Source: Myxococcota bacterium (GTDB lineage: Bacteria; Myxococcota_A; UBA9160; JAFDDA01). From it: a DNA stretch of 64,000 bases. The stretch is from assembly GCA_965228475.1 (NCBI GenBank), contig OZ245817.1, positions 3,200,001 to 3,264,000 on the forward strand, in the 5' to 3' direction. The notes below the pieces were generated by a model. It had not been told where the DNA came from. It saw only the letters and a program-made list of their open reading frames with translations, and searched no databases. The position numbers and the translations under genes were made by a program. The first letter of the stretch is position 1, and each line of letters opens with the position of its first letter. Below are positions 20,196-29,179 of this stretch, piece by piece.

Positions 20196-20600
20196 CTACA
20201 AGAGCGGCGCGTCGCGGGTTTCCTCGTCGGGGATCGTGTACCACCAGGCCCAGGCGATGAAGAGCAGCTGGAACGGCAGCCGGATCCAGTTGGCGGCCCC
20301 GGCACCCGAACCCGGTCCTTCCCGGCCGACGTTCTCGAGCGCGACGTAGAGGTTCGCCGGGAAGACCGCGATCAGCAGCGCGATGAGGCCCCAGGCCGCG
20401 AGGATCCGCGTGCGCGGTTCGAGCACGTAGACGCCCAGGATGATCTCGAACAGGCCCGAGATCACGTTCAGCCACTCCGGGTTCGGCAGGCCCGGCGGCA
20501 TGATCGCCACGTAGAAGTCCGGGTTCATCAGGTGGTTGAAGCCGGCGAAACAGTAGGCCGCGCTCATCACGTAGAGCAGGACGCGCTTCGGCGTGCTCAT
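20196..20600 (-). CDS. DoxX-like membrane protein
   Basis: AGFNH, SGLFEI, AVFPAN, RLPFQ. Confidence 0.8.
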   Translation of the reverse strand: MSTPKRVLLYVMSAAYCFAGFNHLMNPDFYVAIMPPGLPNPEWLNVISGLFEIILGVYVLEPRTRILAAWGLIALLIAVFPANLYVALENVGREGPGSGAGAANWIRLPFQLLFIAWAWWYTIPDEETRDAPLL

Positions 20601-21310
20601 GCGTCTCCTTTCAGGGAGTCGTTCAGGAAGTCGACGAGGCGGCGCCAGGCGGCCGCAGCCGCCTCGGGGCGATGGGCCGCGGGCTGGGTGTCGTTCATGA
20701 AGGCGTGCCCGGCGCCGGCGTAGACGACCATCTCGCTCGGGTACCCGGTGGCCGCGACGCGCGCTTCGAAGGCGCGCACGTCCTCGACGGGGATCAGCGC
20801 GTCTTCGTCGCCGTACTGACCGAGCAGGGGGCACGAGAGATCGGGGGCGGCCTCCAGGGGCGAGCGCAGCTTGCGGGCGGGGTCGAGGCCGTCCGCGTAG
20901 GCGAGCATCCCGTAGAACGGGGCGCAGGCCGAGAGGCCGCGGCACGTGCACGCGGCGAGGATCGCGTACTGTCCGCCCATGCAGAACCCGGTGATGCCGA
21001 CCGGCCGCGCCGCCACCGCCTCGTGCCCGGCGAGGAAGTCGATGGCCGCCTGCAGGTCGCCGAGCACCTCGCCGTCGGAGAGCTCGGCGATCCAGGCCAT
21101 CGCCTGGGCGGGGCTCGTGATCGTCGGCGGGCCCGTTCGCCGGTAGAGATCGACGGCGAGAACGACGAACCCCTCGCGCGCGAGACGCGCAGCCAGCTCG
21201 CGGAAGTGATCGTAGAGGCCCCGGACGTCGGGGATCAGCACGACGCCCGGGTGGGGGCCGGCTTCGTCGGGGCGTGCCAGAAAACCGTCCTCGACGTCCG
21301 TCCCGGCCAT
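20597..21310 (-). CDS. Dienelactone hydrolase family
   Basis: GFCMGG nucleophile, GDED, GAGHAF. Confidence 0.9.
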   Translation of the reverse strand: MAGTDVEDGFLARPDEAGPHPGVVLIPDVRGLYDHFRELAARLAREGFVVLAVDLYRRTGPPTITSPAQAMAWIAELSDGEVLGDLQAAIDFLAGHEAVAARPVGITGFCMGGQYAILAACTCRGLSACAPFYGMLAYADGLDPARKLRSPLEAAPDLSCPLLGQYGDEDALIPVEDVRAFEARVAATGYPSEMVVYAGAGHAFMNDTQPAAHRPEAAAAAWRRLVDFLNDSLKGDA

Positions 21311-21318
21311 GGCGAGCC

Positions 21319-21326
21319 AGTATACT
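21319..21326. promoter_or_regulatory. Palindromic bidirectional -10 element (AGTATACT)
   Basis: TATACT on both strands, each exactly 8 nt from a divergent ATG (21310 and 21335). Confidence 0.75.
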
Positions 21327-21334
21327 CGCGCGCC

Positions 21335-22126
21335 ATGCCCTACGAACGAGAACTCGAAGTCGCCCTCGACGCCGCACGCGAAGCGGGAGCGGCGGTCCGC
21401 CGTTTCTACGAGACCGGGACCGAGCACTGGGAGAAGTCGGAGGACAACCCCCTCACCCAGGCCGATCTCGAAAGCGATCGCATCATCGCGAAGCACCTGC
21501 GCGAGTCCTTCCCGGAGGACGGCCTGATGTCCGAGGAGACGATCGACGACAAGTCGCGCCTCGAGAAGCGCCGCGCCTGGATCATCGACCCGATGGACGG
21601 CACGAAGGAGTTCACGAAGAAGATCCCGGAGTTCTGCGTCTCGATCGGGATGGTCGAATACGGCGAGCCCGTGGTCGGGGTGATCTACAACCCGATCGCC
21701 GACGTCGCGGTCTGGGCGACGCGCGGCGGCGGCACCTTCCGCGACGGCGAGCGCGTCACCGTCTCCGCCTGCGCGGAGCTCTCCTCGGCCGTCGTGATCG
21801 CGAGCCGGACCGAGATCTCCCGCGACAAGTTCGCGCCCCACGAGGGCTGGTTCGCGAAGATCGAGCCCGTGGGCTCGATCGCGTGGAAGCTCGCCTGCGT
21901 CGCCTCGGGCGAGGGCGATCTCAACGTCTCCATGGCACCGAAGAACGAGTGGGACGTGTGCGCGGGCGACATCCTCGTGCGCGAGGCCGGCGGCGTCTAC
22001 GTCGACTTCGACGGCGCGACCCGCACCTACAACCAGGACAACCCGCTCATCGAGAGCTTCATGGCCGCCGGCTCCGCCACCCTGGTCGAGCAGTTCTGCA
22101 CGAAGGAGCGGGCGCGGACGGCCTAG
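21335..22126 (+). CDS. Inositol monophosphatase family / CysQ-like bisphosphate nucleotidase
   Basis: TQAD, SEE, WIIDPMDGTKEF, EWDVCAG. Confidence 0.88.
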   Translation: MPYERELEVALDAAREAGAAVRRFYETGTEHWEKSEDNPLTQADLESDRIIAKHLRESFPEDGLMSEETIDDKSRLEKRRAWIIDPMDGTKEFTKKIPEFCVSIGMVEYGEPVVGVIYNPIADVAVWATRGGGTFRDGERVTVSACAELSSAVVIASRTEISRDKFAPHEGWFAKIEPVGSIAWKLACVASGEGDLNVSMAPKNEWDVCAGDILVREAGGVYVDFDGATRTYNQDNPLIESFMAAGSATLVEQFCTKERARTA

Positions 22127-22866
22127 CGCCGCCGCAGCGCCAGGACGAGGCCCGCCAGCCCGGCCCCGACGAGAAGCAGCGACCCCGGCTCGGGGATCGG
22201 GTGCGACGTGTTCGTGAAGGTCAGGTAGGACAGGATCGGCAGCAGGTTGCCGAGCGCCAGCACGTAGGTCGGCGTGACGAGCGTGAGCGGCGCGACGCTC
22301 CCGCTCGTCGTGACGAGACCGTTTCCCGTGTTGACGAAGGCCGCGCCGGTGCTCCAGGCGCCGGCGTCGAACGTGAAGGGCGCCGAGGTGAACCCGCCCT
22401 GCCCGATCCCCGCAGCGTCGAGATTCACCGGGATCACGACGATGTTCGGCACGACGTGGACGTTCACGAAGCCGTTGATCCCCATCACACCGCCGACTCC
22501 GCCGCCCTGGTTGCAGGCCACGCCCCATCCCGGCCCGCCGCCCGGGCAGACCTCCCCCGGCGCCTGGGCGGTCACGCCCCCCGCCGAGAAGGTTCCGGCC
22601 TGGTTCGACAGGGTCATCACCGTGATCGAGGCGATCGCCGTCGTGGAAGTCACCGGAAGGATCAGATCGAACGGGAGACTCACCGCACCGGCCGGGATCG
22701 CGACGGAGCTGCCGCTGACCGAGACGGTCGTCGCGCCGCTGATCGTCAGGGGAGCAATGCCCTGCAGATTGATCCCGAGGATGACGTTCGTCTGGACGGG
22801 TGCGGCCAGGGCGGGCCCGGCGAACCCGAGCGCCGCGATCGAAGCCAGGAGCCGGAAGCGTGCCAT
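22123..22866 (-). CDS. PEP-CTERM surface protein
   Basis: Signal peptide; IPEPGSLLLVGAGLAGLVLALRRR; AAGGAGG RBS. Confidence 0.88.
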   Translation of the reverse strand: MARFRLLASIAALGFAGPALAAPVQTNVILGINLQGIAPLTISGATTVSVSGSSVAIPAGAVSLPFDLILPVTSTTAIASITVMTLSNQAGTFSAGGVTAQAPGEVCPGGGPGWGVACNQGGGVGGVMGINGFVNVHVVPNIVVIPVNLDAAGIGQGGFTSAPFTFDAGAWSTGAAFVNTGNGLVTTSGSVAPLTLVTPTYVLALGNLLPILSYLTFTNTSHPIPEPGSLLLVGAGLAGLVLALRRR

Positions 22867-22946
22867 GGCGACCTCCTTGCGAGACCCGGAGGCTCGATCA
22901 TCCCCCCGGCGTGCGGCCGAAGCAAGCTCGGCCCGGAACCGGGCCG

Positions 22947-23696
22947 CTAGCGTCGCTTGTGCCGCGCCTGGGCGAGCCCGGGGGGCAGGAGCGCCCCCAG
23001 GAGGATCCCGGGCGGGTCGCCCCGCCGGCAGTCCGGCCGGGGCGCCTCGCGGCGTTGGCCGGGCACGAGACAGTGACTGTCCGCCAGGTCGACGTCGCCG
23101 TCGCCGTCGTTGTCCAGGCCATCGGAACAGGCCGGGCGTTCGTCGTCGTCGAAGATGTCGCTGCAGCCGTCGTCGTGAGGGAAGTCGACCAGGCCGTCGC
23201 CGTCGGAATCGACGCCGTCGTTGCAGGCGGCGTGCTCGGCGTCGCTGTTCAGCGCGTCACACTCCGTATCGGCCAGGTCGCTGAACCCATCCCGGTCGTT
23301 GTCGATCCCATCTTCACACGCGTGGAGCTCGCTGCGGGTCCACGGCTTGCCCTGACATTCGGGATCGGCGAGATCGACGAGCCCGTCACCTTCGTTGTCC
23401 CAACCATCGTCGCAGGCATGGGGCCGGCGCGGGGGGCAGCGGATGAGGCCCTCGCAGGATTGTTCCCGGACGAGGCACTGGGGGTCCCAGACGTCGATGA
23501 GACCGTTGCCGTCATTATCGATGCCGTCGTTGCACTCGGCGGCCTCGGCGTCATCGAGGGCGCTGCGGCAGTCTGGATCGGATCGGTCGATCCGGCCGTC
23601 GCCGTCGTTGTCGATGCCGTCGCCGCACTCGGCGGCCGTTGCTGCACCCGGAACGAGCAGCACGAGGCTGCAGAGCATGAAGAAGGATCGACCCAT
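22947..23696 (-). CDS. Secreted Cys/Asp-rich tandem-repeat protein (putative Ca/metal binding)
   Basis: Signal peptide plus six C-x-DG-x-DNDGDG-x-x-D-x-x-D-x-x-C-like repeats. Confidence 0.8.
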   Translation of the reverse strand: MGRSFFMLCSLVLLVPGAATAAECGDGIDNDGDGRIDRSDPDCRSALDDAEAAECNDGIDNDGNGLIDVWDPQCLVREQSCEGLIRCPPRRPHACDDGWDNEGDGLVDLADPECQGKPWTRSELHACEDGIDNDRDGFSDLADTECDALNSDAEHAACNDGVDSDGDGLVDFPHDDGCSDIFDDDERPACSDGLDNDGDGDVDLADSHCLVPGQRREAPRPDCRRGDPPGILLGALLPPGLAQARHKRR

Positions 23697-23742
23697 GTCG
23701 ATCCTATACCACGAGCGGCCAGCGGGCGTCCAAGCGGACGCC

Positions 23743-25137
23743 TCAGCTCTCGTTGACGGCTTCGGCCATCTCCACGGCCACGCCCTTGGCGTCGCCGAAG
23801 ATCATCATGGTGTTCTCGTTGTAGAAGAGCGGGTTGTCGATCCCGGCGAAGCCCGGGTTCAGGCTCCGCTTGATCACCATGACGTGCTGGGCGAAGTCGA
23901 CGTCGAGCACGGGCATCCCGTAGATCGGGCTCGATTCGTCTTCGCGGGCGGCCGGGTTCACGACGTCGTTCGCGCCGATGATCAACGCGACGTCGGTCTC
24001 GCCGAAGTCCGAGTTGATCTGCTCCATCTCGACGAGCTTCTCGTAGGGCACGTTGGCCTCGGCGAGGAGCACGTTCATGTGGCCCGGCATGCGGCCGGCC
24101 ACCGGGTGGATCGCGAAGCGGACCTTCACGCCGCGGGACTCGAGCGTGTCCATGAGCTCGCGCACCGCGTGCTGGGCCTGGGCGACGGCCATGCCGTACC
24201 CGGGCACGATGATCGCGGAGCTCGCGGAGTTGAAGACGATCGCCGCGTCCTCGGCCGTGTAGCCCTTCACCGCCGGGCGATCGATGCCGCCCTGCTGGCC
24301 ACCCGTCTCGGCCGCCGCGCCGAAGGCGCCGAACAGCACGTTCGAGAGCGAGCGGTTCATGGCGTCGCACATGATCTTGGTCAGGATGATGCCGGCCGAA
24401 CCGACGAGCGAACCCGAGATCACGAGACCGGCGTTGCCGAGCACGAAGCCCGTCGCACAGGCCGCGAGGCCCGAGTAGGAGTTCAAGAGCGAGATCACGA
24501 CGGGCATGTCCGCGCCGCCGATCGGGATCACCGCCATCACACCGAGCACGGCCGCGGCGCCCACGAGCACGGCGAAGGCCGTCGTGTTCGTCGGATCCTG
24601 GTAGATCATCACGCCGGCGGCGATCGCCGAGAGCAGGATCGCGCCGTTCACGAACTTCTGGCCCGGGAACTGGATGGGCGCGCCGGTCATCACCTCCTGC
24701 AGCTTGGCGAAGGCGATCAAGCTGCCGGTGAAGGTGACGCCGCCGATCAGGATGCCGAGTACGATGGCCACGGGAACGACGCCGGGGCCCTGGGCGATGC
24801 TCACCCCGCCGCGTAGCAGCTCCGCGCTCGCGACGAGCGCCGAGGCGATCCCGCCGAAGCCGTTCAGCAGCGCGACCATCTGCGGCATGGCCGTCATCTG
24901 GATGCGCGTGGCCATCAGGCCGCCGACGACGGCACCCGTGATCACGCCACCGACGATCATGCCGTAGCTGACGACGCCCTGGTTCAGCAGCGTCGCGACG
25001 ATGGCGACGAGCATGCCGATCGAGGCGAGCAGGTTGCCGGACACCGCCGTCTTGGCGGCGGACATGCGCATGATCCCGAAGATGAACAGGACCGCGGCGC
25101 TCAGATACGCGAGCTGGACGATGAAGCTCGAGCCCAC
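23743..25137 (-). CDS. pntB: NAD(P) transhydrogenase subunit beta
   Basis: MPQMVALLNG, IGGADMPVVISLLNSYSG, HPVAGRMPGHMNVLLAEA, GANDVVNPAA. Confidence 0.96.
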   Translation of the reverse strand: MGSSFIVQLAYLSAAVLFIFGIMRMSAAKTAVSGNLLASIGMLVAIVATLLNQGVVSYGMIVGGVITGAVVGGLMATRIQMTAMPQMVALLNGFGGIASALVASAELLRGGVSIAQGPGVVPVAIVLGILIGGVTFTGSLIAFAKLQEVMTGAPIQFPGQKFVNGAILLSAIAAGVMIYQDPTNTTAFAVLVGAAAVLGVMAVIPIGGADMPVVISLLNSYSGLAACATGFVLGNAGLVISGSLVGSAGIILTKIMCDAMNRSLSNVLFGAFGAAAETGGQQGGIDRPAVKGYTAEDAAIVFNSASSAIIVPGYGMAVAQAQHAVRELMDTLESRGVKVRFAIHPVAGRMPGHMNVLLAEANVPYEKLVEMEQINSDFGETDVALIIGANDVVNPAAREDESSPIYGMPVLDVDFAQHVMVIKRSLNPGFAGIDNPLFYNENTMMIFGDAKGVAVEMAEAVNES

Positions 25138-25140
25138 GGC

Positions 25141-25425
25141 CTAACCCTTCTTCCCGAACATGGCGAGCATCCGGTTCGTCACCAGGAAGCCGCCGACGCA
25201 GTTGATCGTCGCGAAGACGATGGCGAGGAAGCCGAGCCAGCTCGCGATGGTCGTGTCGCCGTGGCCGGCGGCCAGGATCGCACCGACGATCGTGATGCCG
25301 GAGATCGCGTTCGAACCCGACATGAGCGGCGTGTGGAGCAGCGGCGGCACCTTCGCGATCACGAAGAAGCCGACGAACATCGAGAGGACGAAGATGGTGA
25401 GTGCGGCACCGGGATCGGCGAGCAT
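25141..25425 (-). CDS. pntAB: NAD(P) transhydrogenase alpha, membrane part (alpha2)
   Basis: VPPLLHTPLMSGSNAISG, GGFLVTNRML. Confidence 0.95.
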   Translation of the reverse strand: MLADPGAALTIFVLSMFVGFFVIAKVPPLLHTPLMSGSNAISGITIVGAILAAGHGDTTIASWLGFLAIVFATINCVGGFLVTNRMLAMFGKKG

Positions 25426-26579
25426 CAGTTGGCGCCTCCTTCGACGAGGCCCCGCACGCGCTCGTTGGCGATGCGGCCCTCGTGGGTCAACAGGGCGCCC
25501 GAGGTGATCTCGTCTTCGAGATCGAGCTCGATCTTCCCTTCGTTGATCAGGTGGGTCAGGAACGTCACCAGGTTCCGCGAGTACATCTGGCTCGCGTTGA
25601 ACGGGATGGCGCTCGCGAGGTTGGTGGGCCCGTAGATCCGGACGCCATGGGCCTCGACCGTCTCGTCCGGCTGGGTCAGGGCGACGTTGCCGCCGTTCGC
25701 CGCGGCGAGGTCGACGACGACCGAGCCCTGCTTCATGCCCTCGACGGCGCTCTCCTCGAGGAGCCGGGGCGCCGGCGCACCGGGGACGAGGGCCGTCGTG
25801 ATCACGACGTCGCACTTCTTCGCGACCTCGCCGAGGAGCTCGCGCTGCTTCGCGTAGAACTCCTCGGACTGGGCCTTGGCGTAGCCGCCCGAATCCTCGG
25901 AGTCGCCGGTGTCGAGATCGAGCTCGACGAAGCGGCCGCCGACGGATTCGATCTGCTCCTTCACGACGCTGCGCGTGTCGTAGGCCTCGACGACGGCGCC
26001 GAGGCGCTTGGCCGTCGCGATGGCCTGCAGGCCCGCGACGCCCGCGCCGACCACGAGCACGCGCGCCGGCGAGATCGTTCCGGCCGCCGTCACGAGCATC
26101 GGGAAGAACTTCCCGAGCGTCGCCGCGGCGTGAAGCACCGCCTGGTAGCCCATGATCGTCGCCTGGGACGAGAGGGCGTCCATGCTCTGGGCGCGCGTGA
26201 TGCGCGGGATCAGCTCCATCGAGAACGAGGTCGCCCCCTGCTTCGCCAGCCGGCCCGCGAGCTCGGGCTGATCGAGCGGGCGCAGGAAGCCGATGAACGT
26301 GGCGCCCTGCTTCAGCTGATCGATCTCGTGACCCGCACCGGTGTCGGTGGGCGGCGAGACCTTGAGGACGAGGTCCGCGCTGCCGAGCAGGCCCGCGGCG
26401 TTCGCCTCGAGCCGCGCGCCGGCGGCCTCGTATTCGGGGTCCGTGAAGCCCGCTTCGAGGCCCGCACCGGCCTCCACGGCCACTTCGCAGCCGAGCTTGG
26501 CGAGCGCTTTCACGCCATCGGGCGTGAGCGCAACGCGGCGTTCACGCGGTGTCTTTTCCTTGGGGACCGCGACGAGCAC
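25425..26579 (-). CDS. pntAA: NAD(P) transhydrogenase alpha, soluble part (alpha1)
   Basis: ERRVALTP, RAQSMDALSS, GAGVAGLQAI, SGGYAK, DLAAANGGN. Confidence 0.95.
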   Translation of the reverse strand: MLVAVPKEKTPRERRVALTPDGVKALAKLGCEVAVEAGAGLEAGFTDPEYEAAGARLEANAAGLLGSADLVLKVSPPTDTGAGHEIDQLKQGATFIGFLRPLDQPELAGRLAKQGATSFSMELIPRITRAQSMDALSSQATIMGYQAVLHAAATLGKFFPMLVTAAGTISPARVLVVGAGVAGLQAIATAKRLGAVVEAYDTRSVVKEQIESVGGRFVELDLDTGDSEDSGGYAKAQSEEFYAKQRELLGEVAKKCDVVITTALVPGAPAPRLLEESAVEGMKQGSVVVDLAAANGGNVALTQPDETVEAHGVRIYGPTNLASAIPFNASQMYSRNLVTFLTHLINEGKIELDLEDEITSGALLTHEGRIANERVRGLVEGGAN

Positions 26580-26646
26580 GAACCTTTCCCTCCGCCGAGT
26601 GCCGGCGCACTATATGGCATGGGCCCCGGTCCCCCAAGGGTTTCCG

Positions 26647-27363
26647 ATGGAGAAGGCATTGGCGGCGGAGAAACTCTCGGCAGCGGCGTTCCTGCGCAAA
26701 ATGGGGCCCGGCTGGCCTTCCCGGCTGGCCCTCGACCCGGGGGCCGGAAGCGAAACGGACCGTTTCCTGTGGCTCGCTGCCTGCCTGCTGCGCGCGGGCG
26801 ACCGGCGCGAAGACCGCGTGGAGACGGCCCTCGCCGCGCTGGCCTCGGCCGGCCTCGATGCAGCGGAGAAGGTCGCCACCGGCGGGGCGAGCCTGACCGA
26901 TGCGCTCGCCGCGGCCGAACTGCGCAGGCCCGAGGTGCTCGCCGCGCAGCTCTCACGCTGTTCGGCGGCCCTGGTCGAGGGGGCCGGCGGCTCCCTCGAC
27001 GCGCTGGCCGCCGAAGGCCCCTCCCTCGAAGAACTCGGGGCGCGTCTGGTGCGCCTCGGCCCGGGCCTCGGCCCCGGCACCGTGCTGCGCTTCCTGCGCG
27101 CCCTGCGGGACCGCTGGCCGGCCGCGGACGAAACGCCGCTCGATCCGGCCGCCCTCGCGGCCGGAGCCCACCTCGGCTGGCTCGACGAGTGGGACGACCT
27201 CGAGGGTGCGCCCTCCCTGCTCCGCCGCCGGCTCGACGACGAAGCCGACGCCCCTCCCCTCCCCGCGGTGGAGGAAGCGCTCGAACGCCTGGGAAAGGCC
27301 GCGTGCCGGAAAGGCCGCGCTGCGCGCTGCCCGCTGCGCGGCGCATGCCCTGCTCGAGAGTGA
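26647..27363 (+). CDS. Degenerate HhH-GPD/endonuclease III-like protein
   Basis: HhH-like LGPGLGPGTVLRFLR, PLD, C-terminal RLGKAACRKGRAARCPLRGAC. Confidence 0.5.
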   Translation: MEKALAAEKLSAAAFLRKMGPGWPSRLALDPGAGSETDRFLWLAACLLRAGDRREDRVETALAALASAGLDAAEKVATGGASLTDALAAAELRRPEVLAAQLSRCSAALVEGAGGSLDALAAEGPSLEELGARLVRLGPGLGPGTVLRFLRALRDRWPAADETPLDPAALAAGAHLGWLDEWDDLEGAPSLLRRRLDDEADAPPLPAVEEALERLGKAACRKGRAARCPLRGACPARE

Positions 27364-27372
27364 GCGCGGCGA

Positions 27373-27885
27373 CTAGCGCGGTGCCTCCCGCTCGAACCAC
27401 GCCACGTCGTGGTAGGCGCCGAACTTCCGCCCGTTCCCGGTGAAGACGCCGACGCGCTCGAAGCCCACGCGCTCGTGCAGGCGGACCGAGCGCTCGTTCG
27501 GCAGGGTCACCCCGGCGACGAGCCGGTTCAGGTCCTCCCCGCGCAGGGCTTCGAACAGCCCCTCGTAGAGCCGCGTCCCGAGCCCGGCGCCGACCCCATC
27601 GGGCGCCAGGTAGATCCCGGTCTCGGCGGTCGTCTCGTAGGCCGCCTTGGCGCGAAACGGCCCCGAGCACGCCCAGCCGAGGGGGCGCCCACTCTGCACG
27701 TCCTCGGCCACCAGCAGCCGGTAGCGGCCCGTCGCCGCGAACTGGTCGAACCACGGGCGCCGCGTCTCGACGGTGTAGGGCACGACGTCGAAGGTGATCG
27801 CCGTGCGCTCGATGTAGTGATTGATGATCGCGACGATGCCCGGAAGGTCGCGGGCCTCGCCGGGCCGGATGATCGTTTCACCCAC
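27373..27885 (-). CDS. GNAT N-acetyltransferase (phosphinothricin/methionine-sulfoximine acetyltransferase-like)
   Basis: ITFD, GAGLGTRLY, PNERSVRLHERVGF, GRKFG. Confidence 0.88.
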   Translation of the reverse strand: MGETIIRPGEARDLPGIVAIINHYIERTAITFDVVPYTVETRRPWFDQFAATGRYRLLVAEDVQSGRPLGWACSGPFRAKAAYETTAETGIYLAPDGVGAGLGTRLYEGLFEALRGEDLNRLVAGVTLPNERSVRLHERVGFERVGVFTGNGRKFGAYHDVAWFEREAPR

Positions 27886-27986
27886 GGGCGCCTCCCTGCC
27901 CGGGCAGCATACGACCCGGCCCCGGGCACCGCCCGCGATGTCCCGACCGCCGGAGGCTGCTATCGTGCCGCGCCGCAGGAGACCCC

Positions 27987-29078
27987 ATGAGCGACGCACC
28001 CCAGATCATCCGCAAGAAGACCGGCAACTTCCTCGAGGACTTCGAACCCGGCCAGGTGTTCCGCCACAAGGGCGGCAAGACCGTCACCGAGGGCCTGTTC
28101 ACCACCTTCACCGAGTTCAACATGACGACGAACCCCTTCGCCAAGAACGCGCGCTACGCGCGGGCGTACGGGTTCGAGGGGCTCGTCTGCCCGCCGGGGC
28201 TCGTGATGCTCGTGGCCTTCAGCCAGACGGTCGAGGACGTCTCGGAGAACGCGCGCGCGAACCTCGAGTACATCGACATGCGCTTCGGCGCCCCGGTCTA
28301 CGTGGGCGACACGATCGAGGTCGAGACCAAGGTCCTCGGCGTCCGCCCCTCCTCGAGCCGCCCGAACCTCGGCATCGTCCACGTGCAGTCGACGGCGCGC
28401 AAGAACGTCGGGAGCGAGGACGAAGCGGTCGTCGCGACCTGGCAGCGCAAGGTCCAGGTCTACAAGGACGACATGGACGCGGATCTCCACGCCGGCGAGA
28501 TCGCGCCCGACGAGGTCGCCTGCGATCTCTGGCTTCCGGAGTACGACGCCTCGGCCGACTACAAGGCCCTGGCCCACCTCTCCGCCCCCGACAGCTACTT
28601 CGAGGACCTCGAGCCCGGGACGCGCATCGAGCACTCGCGCGCGCGCACGATCACCGACGAGCACATCTACCTGACGGCGATCCTCGACAACACGAGCCAG
28701 GTCCACTGCAACCAGAACATGATCGACCGCAACCCCGACCAGTACGTCGGCGGCCAGCTGATCATCTTCGGCGGCATCCCGTTCGTGCTGTGCCTCGGCC
28801 TGTCCTGCCCGGACGTCGGCGACAACGCCCTCGGCGACGTGGTCTACACGACCGGCCGCCACACGGCCCCGCTGTTCGCGGGCGACACGGTCTACGCCGC
28901 GACGGAGATCCTCGCCAAGAGCGACCACCCGAGCCGCGAAGACCTCGGCATCGTCGAGACCCGCCTGCTCGGCCACAAGTTCGTGCGGGACGAGTCCGCC
29001 GAGGACGGCTGGAAGAAGGTCGACATCTTCACGCTCGACCGCCAGATCGCCGTCAAGCGCCGCTCGCACTACGCCTGA
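27987..29078 (+). CDS. mch: Double hot-dog MaoC dehydratase, mesaconyl-CoA hydratase (beta-methylmalyl-CoA dehydratase)-like
   Basis: GNFLEDF, TVEDVSENARANLEY (compare Mch TVPDISLNAVANLGY), second YFED, HTAPLFAGDTVYA. Confidence 0.72.
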   Translation: MSDAPQIIRKKTGNFLEDFEPGQVFRHKGGKTVTEGLFTTFTEFNMTTNPFAKNARYARAYGFEGLVCPPGLVMLVAFSQTVEDVSENARANLEYIDMRFGAPVYVGDTIEVETKVLGVRPSSSRPNLGIVHVQSTARKNVGSEDEAVVATWQRKVQVYKDDMDADLHAGEIAPDEVACDLWLPEYDASADYKALAHLSAPDSYFEDLEPGTRIEHSRARTITDEHIYLTAILDNTSQVHCNQNMIDRNPDQYVGGQLIIFGGIPFVLCLGLSCPDVGDNALGDVVYTTGRHTAPLFAGDTVYAATEILAKSDHPSREDLGIVETRLLGHKFVRDESAEDGWKKVDIFTLDRQIAVKRRSHYA

Positions 29079-29106
29079 GGCAGTTTGCCTCCGGGCAAAC
29101 CGCCTC
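29077..29106 (+). terminator. Hairpin after mch stop
   Basis: GAGGCAGTTTGCC-TCCG-GGCAAACCGCCTC, 13-bp stem with 1 mismatch, weak U tract. Confidence 0.5.
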
Positions 29107-29179
29107 GACAACTTTGGACGCATCGATCGCCGTTTGATTCGGACCTAGCCTGGGTGGTGTCGCAACCCAGGAGGTCCAT

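Noticed and set aside
20597..22528. Apparent long fusion ORFs (also 19372..20475, 55089..57311, 57499..59538, 32256..33974)
   Set aside because: The N-terminal extensions overlap other genuine genes; real starts are internal, so they are not fusions.
25141..26579. Split pntA as a frameshift or pseudogene
   Set aside because: Three-subunit (alpha1/alpha2/beta) transhydrogenases are a well-known natural arrangement; clean TGATG coupling.
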